The notes under the pieces: generated by a model
The model's database searches: none
Told to the model about the DNA's origin: nothing
What the model saw: only the letters and a program-made list of their open reading frames with translations
Program-made: the position numbers and the translations under genes
NCBI RefSeq assembly: GCF_964355755.1
Contig: NC_092672.1
Location: 26,480,437 to 26,544,436, forward strand
Length of the DNA stretch: 64,000 nucleotides
Source: Antedon mediterranea
Lineage: Eukaryota; Animalia; Echinodermata
Reading direction: 5' to 3'
Shown here: piece after piece, positions 39,065-51,094 of the stretch
Layout of the letters: each line of letters begins with the position of its first letter
Position numbering within the stretch: position 1 is the stretch's first letter

Positions 39065-39425
39065 CGGTGGTGTGTGATCACATGATGTATTTCATTCATG
39101 CTGTAATCTTATTATGCAATCTGATCATGTGCTGTGATCGCATCACACAATGTATTCCAATTAATGTCCTGGAATCATGTTATGTGATGTGATCTGTGTG
39201 ATCACACAGTGTATTTCATTCATGTACTGGGAACACATAATAAGATCTAATGATGCCCTGTGATCAGAACACATGATGTATTCATTTCCAAGAAAAAACT
39301 GAGTTATGTGATCTGTGTGATTACGCTATGCATTCCATTCATATGCTGTGATCATATTATGTGATCTGATCATGCTCTGTGATATAATCATGCTTTGTGA
39401 TACAATCATGTGATAATACTCACAT
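39065..39425 (+). repeat. Degenerate tandem repeat immediately after the LPP stop codon (3' UTR)
   Basis: Recurring TGTGATC...ACA..ATGTATT.CATTCATG modules with a period of about 60-65 bp. Confidence 0.6.
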
Positions 39426-42400
39426 CTTTGTGGCTCTCATCTGAATAACAGACACACACTGTAAAAATTGAATATGCCATAATAACTAATTATTTGCCAC
39501 TGGCTAAAATCGCTAAGCATTGTGGGAAATGAAGAAGCATTTTTTAGGATAACTGACTGTATTTTAAAGTTTTTTTAACTATAACCGTTGCCTAGAAAGG
39601 TTTAATTTTATTGTCCTAATTATTACAAAAAGGCAGGGTAAATATTTAGTGTTATTTTTGGCTGATTTTAAATATAGGTATTTTAAAATGGTGCTTACTG
39701 TAAATCATGTTGTTTAGCTGTTCTGCAAACCATCCAATTCTCAGTGCTGTATCTCCACATATTTGCCCAGTATCAAGGGAAATTCCATAATACAGCATCT
39801 CTTGTGTTTTATAGACAATTAAGGTTTAGTTCAAGACTTCAAATGTGATGCTGTATCATGGAATTATCCTATGATACTGGACAAAATGTGATTGAGTACC
39901 GACAATTGGCTGTGCAAACTACTTAATAATTTTAATAAATATAAGTTAATCTTGTAGATGAAATTTTAAATATATATATTATTATAGATGGCAAAATTTT
40001 AGACTTGAACAATTGTTAGAATAGGATCGTTTGTCAGTTTTATACAAAGGAGTGAATTACATTTGTGCTTTGCTTAGTAGGGAGCCTTTGATTTCAATAC
40101 ACAGCATAGACATTCACATGTTAGGAGTTGTGACAACTTCCGTAAACTACCCCAACTTCCAAATTAATGTTAGGCTCTATTGGTCTTAGTGCTCGACAGT
40201 ACTACTGAAGGTCGCTTTATTTTATTTTATACACTATGGGATTTGTGGTGAATTATTTCTAAGTTACGGTACACAGATTAAATTTTAAAGGGCGTTCATT
40301 TAATTCAGATTTTCTACTTGGGTCATTTTTTTTAAGCAGGAAAATATGATGGATTTTCACACAGAAAAAATTCATTTTGGTTAATTTTTGTTTATTTGTC
40401 CATTCTTTATAAATATGACCATATTTAATAATAATGATAATATTATTTTTCCACATTTTAAATTAATGATAGAAAAATGAACAATAACTACATTTTAATG
40501 TATAAAATATACCACCGAAAACGTTTGTAGCTTTTAATTAATCATGTTTTTAGAACTTTTTTCCCTATTTTTTTTGGTCAGTACTAAGTAAAAATAGTTA
40601 ATTAGAAAATGAAATGGCATAATTTTGTTTATCAATTTATATTGTGTTGTACCCCTTCCCCTAATCTGATGAACTTACTGGAATTTACAATTCATTACAA
40701 TTTCTCTATGCTATTGCTATAATTTGTAAGAAAAGTTAAAAAGACTGTGAAATAGTGGGGGGTTTTTACATTCCATGGTAAAAAAAAATCAAAAAGAACA
40801 AAATTAATGATTTATTCTATTTCCATTAACAGTTGGGTATGACATCATGTGAATAATTGTTATTAGAAAAATGTTGTTGCACTTTTTATAGAATTAACAA
40901 ACTGTATATGATATGTTTTTATTTTTTAAAATAGCTAGCTTTAAATTAACAAATAAATGTTACTCACCTTTATTATTGTTTGTTGTTTGTTTTTTTCTCT
41001 CTTCATTTTACCAGTAGAGCATTACACAAAACTGCAATGCGTACAAGTGTACGGGTGAAACTTATAATATGTATTGTCATTTATACAACATAGAAAGAAT
41101 GAAATTCTAATTGGTTGAATTTAACATGCAATATATAAAGCATCATATACAGTGATTCTAAAGAAATCTTTCAAACTTGCTATTAAATACATGAATATAA
41201 TTATAAACACATTTTTGTATCTATAGTGTTTAATACTACACAGAAATTAACATGTTTATTATTTGGGATCACAATAAAAACAGGTTACGTTATGTAGTAT
41301 TTGTTGATATTTATTGTATTTACTGTGCCAAAATGATCATATTTTACTAATGTAAAATGTTTTAATACACAGTAGAACTTCTATTAAAGGGACACCTTCA
41401 GAACTAACCCAACAAATTGTCCTATGATGCTCGTAACTAAGTATTACATTTGTCAATTCTTATGGACAGTTTTTTAAACAATATACAATTTGTGGTGTGG
41501 TACATGGCTATCAGAGGCGGATCCATTCCAGCATCACTGACGGAACCAAGAATTTTGAAGAAAATACTAAATTTATATACATATATAGATTGTGAGCAGA
41601 CCTTTTGCTGTTTCGGTCGGTTTAATTCACTTTGCTATTGGAAATGCACGGAATTATTTAATTAGTTATGTGTCATTTCGATTGGATATGTGCATTTGGA
41701 CCTGCTAAACCTGATTAATAAAAAAAAAATAAAAAACGATTTTGCATACAATACAGAAGGTCTTTTTAAATTGAGACGGGTTGGTGAATTTTGTCCAAGA
41801 TGGGGAAATTTCTGTCCAGAATGGGGAAATATTTTTTCCAGAATAAGAACAATAGCGATAGGTGGCGCTATAATCGTGTCCAAGATGGGGAAGCTGTCCA
41901 ATATAGAGAAATCCGATTTGTCCAAAATGGGGAAATTTCTGTCCAAGATGGGGAAGTGGTGGCGCTATATCGTGTCCAAAATGGGGAAATTTCTGTCCAA
42001 GATGGGGAAGTGGAGGCGCTATATCGTGTCCAAATTGGGGAAATTTCTGTCCAAGATGGGGAAGTGGTGGCGCTATATCGTGTACAAAATGGGGAAATTT
42101 CTGTCCAGGATGGGGAAGTGGAGGCGCTATATCGTGTCCAAAATGGAGAAATTTCTGTCCAAGATGGGGAAGTGGAGGCGCTATATCGTGTCCAAATTGG
42201 GGAAATTTCTGTCCAAGATGGGGAAGTGGTGGCGCTATATCGTGTCCAAAATGGGGAAATTTCTGTCCAGGATGGGGAAGTGGAGGCGCTATATCGTGTC
42301 CAAAATGGGGAAATTTCTGTCCAAGATGGGGAAGTGGTGGCGCTATATCGTGTACAAAATGGGGAAATTTCTGTCCAGGATGGGGAAATGCTGTGTCAAA

Positions 42401-42770
42401 AATAGGGAAGCTGTCCAATATAGATAAATCCGATTTGTCCAAAATGGGGAAATTTCTGTCCAGGATGGGGAAGTGCTGTGTCCAAAATAAAGCTGTCCAA
42501 TATAGAGAAATCCGATTTGTCCAAAATGGGGAAATTTTGCCTCGAGAGAAGGGCTGTGTCCAAAATAAAGAAACTGTCCAATATATAGAAATCCGATTTG
42601 TCCAAAGTGGAGAAATGTTGTCTAAAATAGAGAAATTTTTAGAAGAAAAATATAATTTTGACAAATTTCTCCAGAATAGAGAAGTGCTGTGTCCAAATTA
42701 GAGAAACTACAGTATCCAAGGCCTAATAAATTCGATTTTTCCGAATTGTATAAAAGAGAAACTGTCAAAT

Positions 42771-43200
42771 ATGTGCCCAAAATGTTCAATGACTTACCAT
42801 TACAAGGATTATGAACTTGGTATTTATAACTATAATGATTCATTTTGTATTGGATTTTGATGTTTGTCTATGGATTAGGTCAGGCGTGGATCATCACATA
42901 GCTACTGGTAGCATTGTTAAGCAGATATGCGAAACATCGGGCATAGAAATTGATCAAACATTGGTGTTGAATGCTTCTTTAGCATTTGAAGCTCAATCAA
43001 ATATCAATGAAGATATGCATTGCAATATATGTGCCATCCCACAATAATGATCATGGATGTGAACAGAAAGGTTTATTTTAGGACAGCTTTGTCTGAACTT
43101 GGCAAGCCTCATGAATGTAAAGAAAAAGTAGATTGCATAGCATTTTATGAACGAGTTAGTTTAAACCACATTAAGTACATTAACAAGTCGTTCGGTCTGA
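42771..43200 (+). pseudogene. CxC-type Zn cluster and start of a KDZ/Zisupton (HMGXB3-like) transposase; frameshifted, remainder deleted
   Basis: Across two frameshifts: CPKCSMTYHYKDYELGIYNYNDSFCIG/FDVCLWIRSGVDHHIATGSIVKQICETSG...VLNASLAFEAQSNINEDMHCNIC/HPTIMIMDVNRKVYF...VDCIAFYE. Matches the recalled HMGXB3-like pattern CxxC-xxY-x-Y...G-xxN-x-ND...C...FEA...CxxC-xxP-xx-IMD. Confidence 0.65.
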
Positions 43201-43289
43201 AAACAACCAAAGATAGTCTTGGAAGACTGATTATTTCAACGCCTAAGTCAAGTGTTGTAGCACAAACGACTGATGAACCCAATGACTGG

Positions 43290-43839
43290 TGGCTGAAGGA
43301 ATACCAACTATGATTACACCATAAAAAGCTTGTAGAAGAGAGACATAATGAGGTAGATAATAGGATTATAAATGCCGCCAACATAATTCTAAAGAGAAAC
43401 TATCCAGAAACACGTGGATTACAAGACATCATCTATCAACAGCAAATGCACAATTTTGTCAAGACTACACAATATGTTCGCACTGGATTACAATATCAGA
43501 CAAGCATTGGTACCAACAACTTACCAATAGTAACGTCGATGTGTACGATAGTTTACAGACATTGAATCCAAGAAATTACCCGTTAGAATTGACTCAGGTG
43601 GCATGCAAGTTGATGGAACCCAGCGTTCCCAACATGAATTTTCACGTACATGGTACGGTGTACAACCTTATGCAAGTAACACTTGTGGCCATTTTTGTAT
43701 AGCATTTGCATTTGATGCTGCATTATGTGCAGGAAAAGATCCATCAACACTACGATTTGAAGAAGACGAGAGGGTTGTTAGGCGAAAGCTTGTTGAAGCA
43801 TTTGAGAAGGCAGATTTTGCGTGGATATTTAGAAATTGA
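43290..43839 (+). pseudogene. Ulp1/C48-like (SUMO) cysteine protease domain, disrupted
   Basis: DNRIINAANIILKRNYPETRGLQD ... HWITIS (His, 43481) ... VDVYDSL (Asp, ~43547) ... frameshift ... Q-x4-NTCGHFCIAFA (Cys) ... GKDPSTLRF...RRKLVEAFE. Confidence 0.7.
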
Positions 43840-43884
43840 TAACTGCCACAATGCCCCTGCATCAAGGATGTCCGCAATACCTCT

Positions 43885-43998
43885 GACAAACTGCTGCAAC
43901 ACACCCATTACTCCACAAGTCATCAACTGCTTTACATGCCACAAGCCTTATCATAAGGAATGCATAACACATGCCATGTGCGAAAGATGTGCTCATAA
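43885..43998 (+). pseudogene. PHD-like zinc finger
   Basis: CC...INCFTCHKPYHKECITHAMCERC (C-x2-C-x4-H-x2-C ... C-x2-C). Confidence 0.55.
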
Positions 43999-44070
43999 AA
44001 AAAAATATATGATCAACAAGAGTGGTTACGAACCGAAGCAAGAAGAGAGACCCACAAGCAAGACCAACAG

Positions 44071-44463
44071 ATGGTTAAGGACATACATTCGCTCTACAAC
44101 TACATAAACACTATTGTATACTTAGGAAAGTTACCTTAGGCCGAGGATCATGTGTTTCTTGTACCTTTAGGTAATGTTTACGGAGAAACACTTCAATTAT
44201 TGCATAAGAATAAAATTTGTTCCTCATCAATAATAAATATTAATAGTAAAAATGCTGCAGATTCGATGAGTGAATTGCTTAATACTATGGCTCATGAAAT
44301 GGTCCATATGAAAATTTTTCTTGATGGAATTAGAGATGATCGGCAGAATGGGAAAGTTTTCAAGAAAATGGGAAGAACATCAGTAGCCATAATAAATCAG
44401 CACAGCAATTCACTCCCTGGTAAATTTAAAGGAATACACATTGACAGAATAGTTGCTCACTAA
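44071..44463 (+). pseudogene. SprT-like (SPRTN/GCNA-type) zinc metalloprotease domain with one in-frame stop
   Basis: Single frame: MVKDIHSLYNYINTIVYLGKLP*AEDHVFLVPLGNVYGET...IININSKNAADSMSELLNTMAHEMVHMKIFLDGIRDDRQNGKVFKKMG. Contains the N-terminal L-Y/F-xx-N...G-x-LP helix, the T-x-x-HExxH motif and a (H)G-xx-FK motif. Confidence 0.7.
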
Positions 44464-46324
44464 TAACATTTGTATAGACACAAAGATTTTGAGAGAAATT
44501 TAACCCAAAAAACAAATCTAATAGAGCATAAACCTTACAGAAAATGCAAAGCACCTAAACTATGCCTATTTGGAGTAGGAAATAACGCAGTAAAAGAACT
44601 AATTAATACTATGTTACAAATATGCAAATACTCGTATACTATTGTAAAGTGAGAAAAATGTTTTCAGATTAGAAGTGTGAACTTAATTAAAGTTTTAAAA
44701 ACATAAAAAAAAAGTTTCTTATGTTGTTTTAATGTTTTGCCTTCTCTATATTGTGCAGCTTCCCTATTTTTGACACAGCACTTCCCCAATCTGGACAGAA
44801 ATTTCTCCATTTTGGACAAATCGGATTTCTCTATATTGGACAGCTTCCCCATCTTGGACACAGCACTTACCCATTCTGGACAGAAATTTCCCCATTCTGG
44901 ACAAATCGGATTTCTCTATATTGGACAGCTTCCCTATTTTTGACACAGCATTTCCCCATCCTGGACAGAAATTTCCCCATTTTGGACACGATATAGCGCC
45001 ACCACTTCCCCATCCTGGACAGAAATTTCCTCAATTTGGACACGATATAGCGCCTCCACTTCCCCATCCTGGACAGAAATTTCCCCATTTTGGACACGAT
45101 ATAGCGCCACCACTTCCCCATCTTGGACAGAAATTTCCCCATTTTGGACAAATCGGATTTCTCTATATTGGACAGCTTCTCCATCTTGGACACGATTATA
45201 GAGCCACCTATCGCTTTTGTCCTTATTCTGGACAAAATATTTCCCCATTCTGGACAGAAATTTCCCCATCTTGGACAAAATTCACCACACCTATTGGACA
45301 ACTTCGTTCTTTGACCGAAACATCGTACGATATTGCCTTGACAACGACTTTATTCCTGTTCAATTTTTCCGCCGGAATGGCGTCCATGGATTACAAACGT
45401 TACCTATCTTGCGCCGCGTAGCAGCGCTATACAATCTTTGCTGGCAGCAGGTCATCGACCATGATGTACTGAATTATTTCGAACATAAATGCCGAACCGG
45501 ATGGAGGTATAGTAATCTCATGCGCTCATCATTTATTACAAAATACATAAGAAAATATCATACATAAAAGTAATATGTGTGAACAGGGAAAGAAACTTTC
45601 TGTTTTCTCTAACTTAAGAATACAGTAAACTTAAATTCACTTTATGCGTAACTTTTGAGTTTCTTTACTAGGGTAGGAGGCACTCAGTCCGGGATGCGAT
45701 TTTTTTTTTCGTACATAAGTTGGGGACCCCTCATGAAACGTCACAAAATAAACATGAATAATTCATCAGTTAAATTTGTTGTTCCGTGTGCACCCAAGCG
45801 TATAGCAACAAGAAGTGGTTACACAAGTGCGGTACGATTTTAGGCCTATCTCCGCTGTTGTTGCGGCGTGCGATTTCATAGAAGAATAGCGGCGTTTTGT
45901 GTGGATTGTCAAAATAATCAGCCTTTAGTTTATGGTGTTTTAATATAATTTATTACTAAAGAACTACGTGTTAAAATTATAGTTTCTATTCATACTATTA
46001 GGCCTAATTATTAGTCTCTAAACCCATGTCTATTCTAGTAGTAGCTGTGTGGGTGTGTGTGACGTGTGTGTGTTAGGTATGACACAATCCGAGTAGTAAG
46101 TCAGCAAAATTAAACAATAAACATTACACAAAAATACATTTTTTATTCTCGTGGGTCTAATCTTCCCATCTCATGTGTTCATATACGCGCATTTTTAAAG
46201 TTCCTTTGAGTACATGTAGGCTAGTCAATCTAGCATTTTGAGTGAAACAAATTGCAAACAGAGATTTTTTTTTTTAAATGGTTACATATGATAAGGTAAT
46301 TATTTTTTGAGCATCACACCTCTG

Positions 46325-47145
46325 ACACTCATCCCGAAGGTATGCAAATTAGCTTAAATATGCAAATTAGGGTGAAATTACAGGGTTACTATATCTTAAA
46401 AACTACTAATCGTAGAGAGTTCATTTTTGCACAGTCTGGTTCAGAATATATATATTTATATTTGCTCTAATGAGACAAATTTTGACCCTTGACCCCATTT
46501 CTCAATATTTACATAAATATGTGAATAAAATTTCTGTAGAGACTTTATTTTGGACTCAATGACTTGGATATTGTTTTTCAATACCCACCATAGAACTGTA
46601 TTATAATTCCTAAAATCACAACTTCGTCACGCACCTTGAAAGTATGCAAATTAGTAGTATAAGTAATATTAAATATGCAAATTAGGGAGTGAAATTACAC
46701 CGTTGCCATATCTCGAAAACCGCTAATGCTAGAGTGTTGATTTTTTCACTAAAATATTTAAAATGTATATATTTATATTTGCTGTAATGAGACATTTTAC
46801 AAAAAAATTCCCGGAACTATAACATTTGACCCTCGACCCCATTTCTCAATATTGCATATATAATGAAAACTAAAATGTCTGTAGAGACTTTGTTTTGCCC
46901 TCAAATGACTCAGATACAGGTTTCTAATAGCCAACATAGGAATGTTTAGTAAATCTCAAAATCACACATGTATCACTCACCTTCAAAGTATGCAAATTAT
47001 TAGTACAAGTTACATGAAATATGCAAATTAGGGGGTGAAATTACAGGTTCCTATATGTATCGAAAACCGCTAAGGTAGAGAGTTGATTTTTTCAAAAACT
47101 TGTTCAGAATGTACATATTTATATTTGCTCTAATGAAACATTTTA
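46325..47145. repeat. Degenerate ~340-bp tandem units, probably a fragment of a long-TIR DNA transposon
   Basis: Three units with paired TATGCAAATTAG, GTGAAATTAC, TATATTTGCTCTAATGA. Motifs resemble the arms of 55702-58596. Confidence 0.55.
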
Positions 47146-47647
47146 CGAAAAAAAAACCTTATTTTCTTTAATTTGCAAAAAAAAAAAAAAAAAAAAAAAA
47201 AATAGCCCACCAAAGAGAACTAAACAAAGAAGTATGTGGGCTTCTTAGAGGTTTTACGGTATATGCTACTTATTTTGTCCATGGTTGAACCGAATAAACA
47301 ATCTGTATAAATATATAAAAACAACCCAATCCACTTTGTTTCAAGTTTATTAGGTTGAAATAATATGAAAATCTATTGATTAAAAAAAAAATCTTTGCCA
47401 TAAAATACTTGTTTCTTTTGTATAATAAGAAATGAAGCAGCAATTTGCATTTTGTTTCTAATTATTGATTTACTACAACTGTAATAATGTGAGTACATAC
47501 CATCGATGTTAGACAACCAATGTAAGAAAACTAAAAGTATGATGTAATAAAGTTATAGACATAAAACAGTCTACAATAACAACATTTGTAATATACATCA
47601 ATGAAATAAGTATTTATTTGTTTTCCATAATCTATCTGTATGATATT

Positions 47648-48665
47648 CTTATTTAATAACAAAAAGGTTCCAGTATGTTAAACTAAACGGTATTTTATCT
47701 GATAAAAGAACTGTTAGCATTGGCACGCCACAAGGGTCTGTTATCTCCCCAATGTTGTTTTCACTGTTCACCAGCAGTTTCAGAGCCAATTCAAATGAAT
47801 GTTGTATAGTAAAATATGCAGATGACACAGTCATCACTGGATACATTACTGGCAATGATGAAACAAGCTATAGACAACTAGGATGTGATTTTTATCACTG
47901 GTGCTGCAATAACAACCTGAAACTAAACATAAAGAAAACAAAAGAAATTCAAATTGATTTTAGGAAAATTAAAGAACCCTTAGAACCTCTGATTATAAAT
48001 GAAAATGAGATTGAAGTAGTAAATGAGTACAAATATCTGGGTTGTATAATTGACAATAAGCTAAATTGGATAAATAATGTAAATAAAGCCACATGCAAAG
48101 CCAACCAAAGGATGTTTATTTTAAGAAAAATGAAGTACCTACAAATTGACAAAACTATACTTAAATTGTTTTATAACTCTGTAATTCTCAGTGTAATACT
48201 TTTTTGTAATGTTTGTTTTTATGGTAATACAATGCAAAAAGATAAAATTAAACTTAATAGAATAGGAAATAGAGCAATTAGACTAGTAGGAGAGCACTTA
48301 CCTGATGTTGAATCCTTGTATAAAGAAAATGTGTTAAAAAAAGTAAAAAGTATCATTGATGATGAAACACATCCTCTTCACAAACAATTTGCTCTCATGA
48401 ATTCTGGCATAAGACTACGTGCACTTAATACCAAAACAAAACGGTTTAGGTGCTCGTTTGTACCTAATGCTATACACTTATATAACTCCAGAGTACAAAG
48501 GTAAAATGTAATTGTAACCGCTAATTTTAAAAATTTTTAGCCTCTTAACTTTTTGTGTGTGTTTTTGTAAATTGTATTTTATATTTTTGTATTTTGCCAG
48601 TTTTCAAATCACATTTCTGTTTTTTAAATGGACAATAAAGTATATATGACTATGAATATGACTAA
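47648..48665 (+). mobile_element. 5'-truncated non-LTR retrotransposon (CR1-group, Rex1/Babar-like): RT C-terminus and 3' tail
   Basis: SYLITKRFQYVKLNG...GTPQGSVISPMLF...IVKYADDTVITG...LNIKKTKEIQIDFRK...YKYLGCIIDNKLNW...KANQRMFILRKMK...HPLH...SFVPNAI, stop at 48504. AATAAA followed by a short (TATGAC/TATGAA) repeat tail. Confidence 0.9.
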
Positions 48666-49047
48666 TAATTTATTTTATAGTGGTTCATTGTTGTCCAGTA
48701 TAAACTTGTTGATAAATTCTTATATTTGTTTAGAACAATAACTGTGGATGACGAAATCAATAAAGATGAAAATGTGTGATTAGCAGGTAATAAAGTATAG
48801 TTACCAGATGGTACTCTATATAATAGTGTCAGTTTAAACGAACAGTGTACTGGAAAGTTAACGAATTCAAAATAAATTTCATACAATACATGCAATGATC
48901 TTTTTTATCATCATCAATTTAAATGATTATCCTATGTAGTTCTAGGAAGTGTTTTCTCTAGGGATATTTATTATTTCTTGTCGTTTGTTATCGTCCTAGT
49001 TTAAACAACACTACATTTATTGCACATTAAAACCTTCTCTGCTGTTA

Positions 49048-49868
49048 TATTATTGTTTAACAACAATTTTTAGTCGCGTGGAAGCTCTATAGTTCACTAT
49101 GTCGGTCGGTTGGTCGGTCTGTCTGTCTGTCTGTCTGTCGGTCTGTCTGTCGGTCCGGTATCACTATGCGTTTTATCGCTTTCTGACCTTATCTTGATAT
49201 CAGTTTAATCTAGCTAAGTCAATTTTTCACAGAATATTCCTTATGGCCAGGAATCGATGTGGTTATGTTTTCACGGTGCGCAATAAAACATTACGCGGTC
49301 TACGCACGATTTAACGAAATCACGTTTGTAATCATATCTTAACAACCATGAATCACAATTAAATAAAATTTGGTACTAATAAATTTCAGGGCATAAAATA
49401 ATCATATGGCAATACAATTACGTGCGTAGCGCATGTAACGCATGCGTACGCGCGCTTAAAATTTTCAAAATTTATTTTCGATGAAATAAGAGTAAATTTC
49501 AGGCAATTTTAAGCGTTTACAAAATTGCCATGAGTGCGCATATTTTTGCGCGCGCACTGCGCGTTAAATGTTATTACGCATTCTTTTTGCCCGATTTCTG
49601 TTTTCTTGACTTACTTTTCAACTCGAAATTACGTTATACGAGCACGTCGAAAGTGACAGGCTACGCACGTGTAAATTAAAAAAATATAAATGTTTTTAAA
49701 CATTTCAATATTTTTAAACATGTTCAGTAATTTCGGTCAGTATAGTTCACTATGTCGGTCGGTCGGTCTGTCTGTCTGTCGGTCTGTCTGTCGGTCTGTC
49801 TGTTGGTCTGTCTGTCCGGTATCACTATGCATTGTAGCACGCGACTTAATGGCTGTTGGCCTTGTTTT
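49048..49868 (+). mobile_element. DINE-1/HINE (Helentron)-like element with internal duplication
   Basis: TTTTTAGTCGCGTG start. Two TATAGTTCACTATGTCGGTCGG-(GTCT)n-CCGGTATCACTATGC blocks. End GCACGCGACT...GGCTGTTGGCCTTGTTTTT. Confidence 0.75.
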
Positions 49869-50451
49869 TTTTCATTTCTAAACCCTTTATTTCTGAATCA
49901 TTTATTGCTTGGTATTTTTTTACTTAATTTTAACTTAAACTTGTTTTTTTTTAAACGTTTTAAAATTTTACAATTGTACATTTGTCTTTCTTGTGCTATC
50001 CCTTGTTATTGCTTGTCATTGTGCATTTGGCTGCCTTTTGTTTGTACTATTTTGTTATGAATTTTTATGAATAAATAATATATTTTAATTCTTTACAAAT
50101 ACACTTATATTTAAAATAATTAGAATTGTCTTTTAAGCAAATAAACAATTACATACACATTTAATTATACCTAAGTTTTCATTGGTGTTTTTTGTTGTTG
50201 CATAGTTTTGCTGCGTATTGCGCTCCATATAAGGTAACGATTATACAGATTCATACAGTTCCAGTGCATAGATACCATTAACCAATTAAATTGCTGCAAA
50301 GCTGTAAATTCCCTTAGACTGTTAGTGAATAAATAAAGGTGTGAACAAAGAATATAAGAAAAAAATCATTTCATTGTTTTTTGGTTTTTTTTTTGCATAG
50401 TTTTGCTGCTTATTGCGCTCCATATAAGGTAACGATTATCCAGATTCATGC

Positions 50452-51094
50452 TACAGGGTTGGGTAGGTTTGGCCAGTATGCGTACCTTTTTATGGCCAGC
50501 GGGCGTCCCGGATATTGCGCAATATGGCCAGCGGGCGTCCAATTATTGCGCAATATGTTTTCAATGGCAGCGTCCGCGCGCTCCATGCGTGTGAAAAATA
50601 CGTACAATGCGACAGAGAGGGCGTTATATTTACATTTTCCGCGCGAGATGCCGGCCGGCCACGTACTATTATTATTTATCAGAAAAAAAATATTAAATAA
50701 TGTGAAATTTCATTAAAAATGCTTTTTGATTGACATTATAATAGTTAAAACTATTAATAATTGTTATTAATTAGGCCCTAAAATACAGTAGTATAATTTA
50801 CTAAATCAGTTTAACTTAGGCTACTAGCCTGCTCTGAACAGATAGATTGGATTTTAGAGGCCTCAGTTCAGCCTTGCCCTACTTGCAAATTCAGCTGTAT
50901 ATATAAAATTAATTATGTATATAGCGCCATCTGTGTCGCATTGTACGTATTTCACACGCATGGAGGAGCGGACGCTGCCATTGAACAAATATTGCGCAAT
51001 AATTGGACGCCCGCTGGCCATATTGCGCAATTTCCGGGACGCCCGCTGGCCATAAAAAGGTACGCATACTGGCCAAACCTACCCAACCCGTATC
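50452..51094. mobile_element. Mutator-like MITE with ~170-bp TIRs
   Basis: TIR GGGTTGGGTAGGTTTGGCCAGTATGCGTACC... / ...GGTACGCATACTGGCCAAACCTACCCAACCC. 9-bp TSD GATTCATGC (50443-50451, 51095-51103). Inserted in the second of two ~195-bp tandem units; the first unit (50180-50375) shows the empty site. Confidence 0.85.

Larger units (their letters stand above)
41783..45290 (+). mobile_element. Decayed Zisupton/KDZ-like DNA transposon with tandem-repeat inverted arms
   Basis: Outer TIR GGTGAATTTTGTCCAAGATGGGGAAATTTCTGTCCAGAATGGGGAAATATTTT is mirrored at 45235-45287. Arms (41783-~42700 and ~44745-45290) are built of 54-bp units and ~21-bp subunits. Core carries transposase- and protease-like pseudo-ORFs. 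Confidence 0.8.

Noticed and set aside
41662-42701. 200-320 aa repeat ORFs on both strands (also 44737-45421)
   Set aside because: Stop-free 54-bp repeats in transposon arms; treated as non-coding unless translation is shown.
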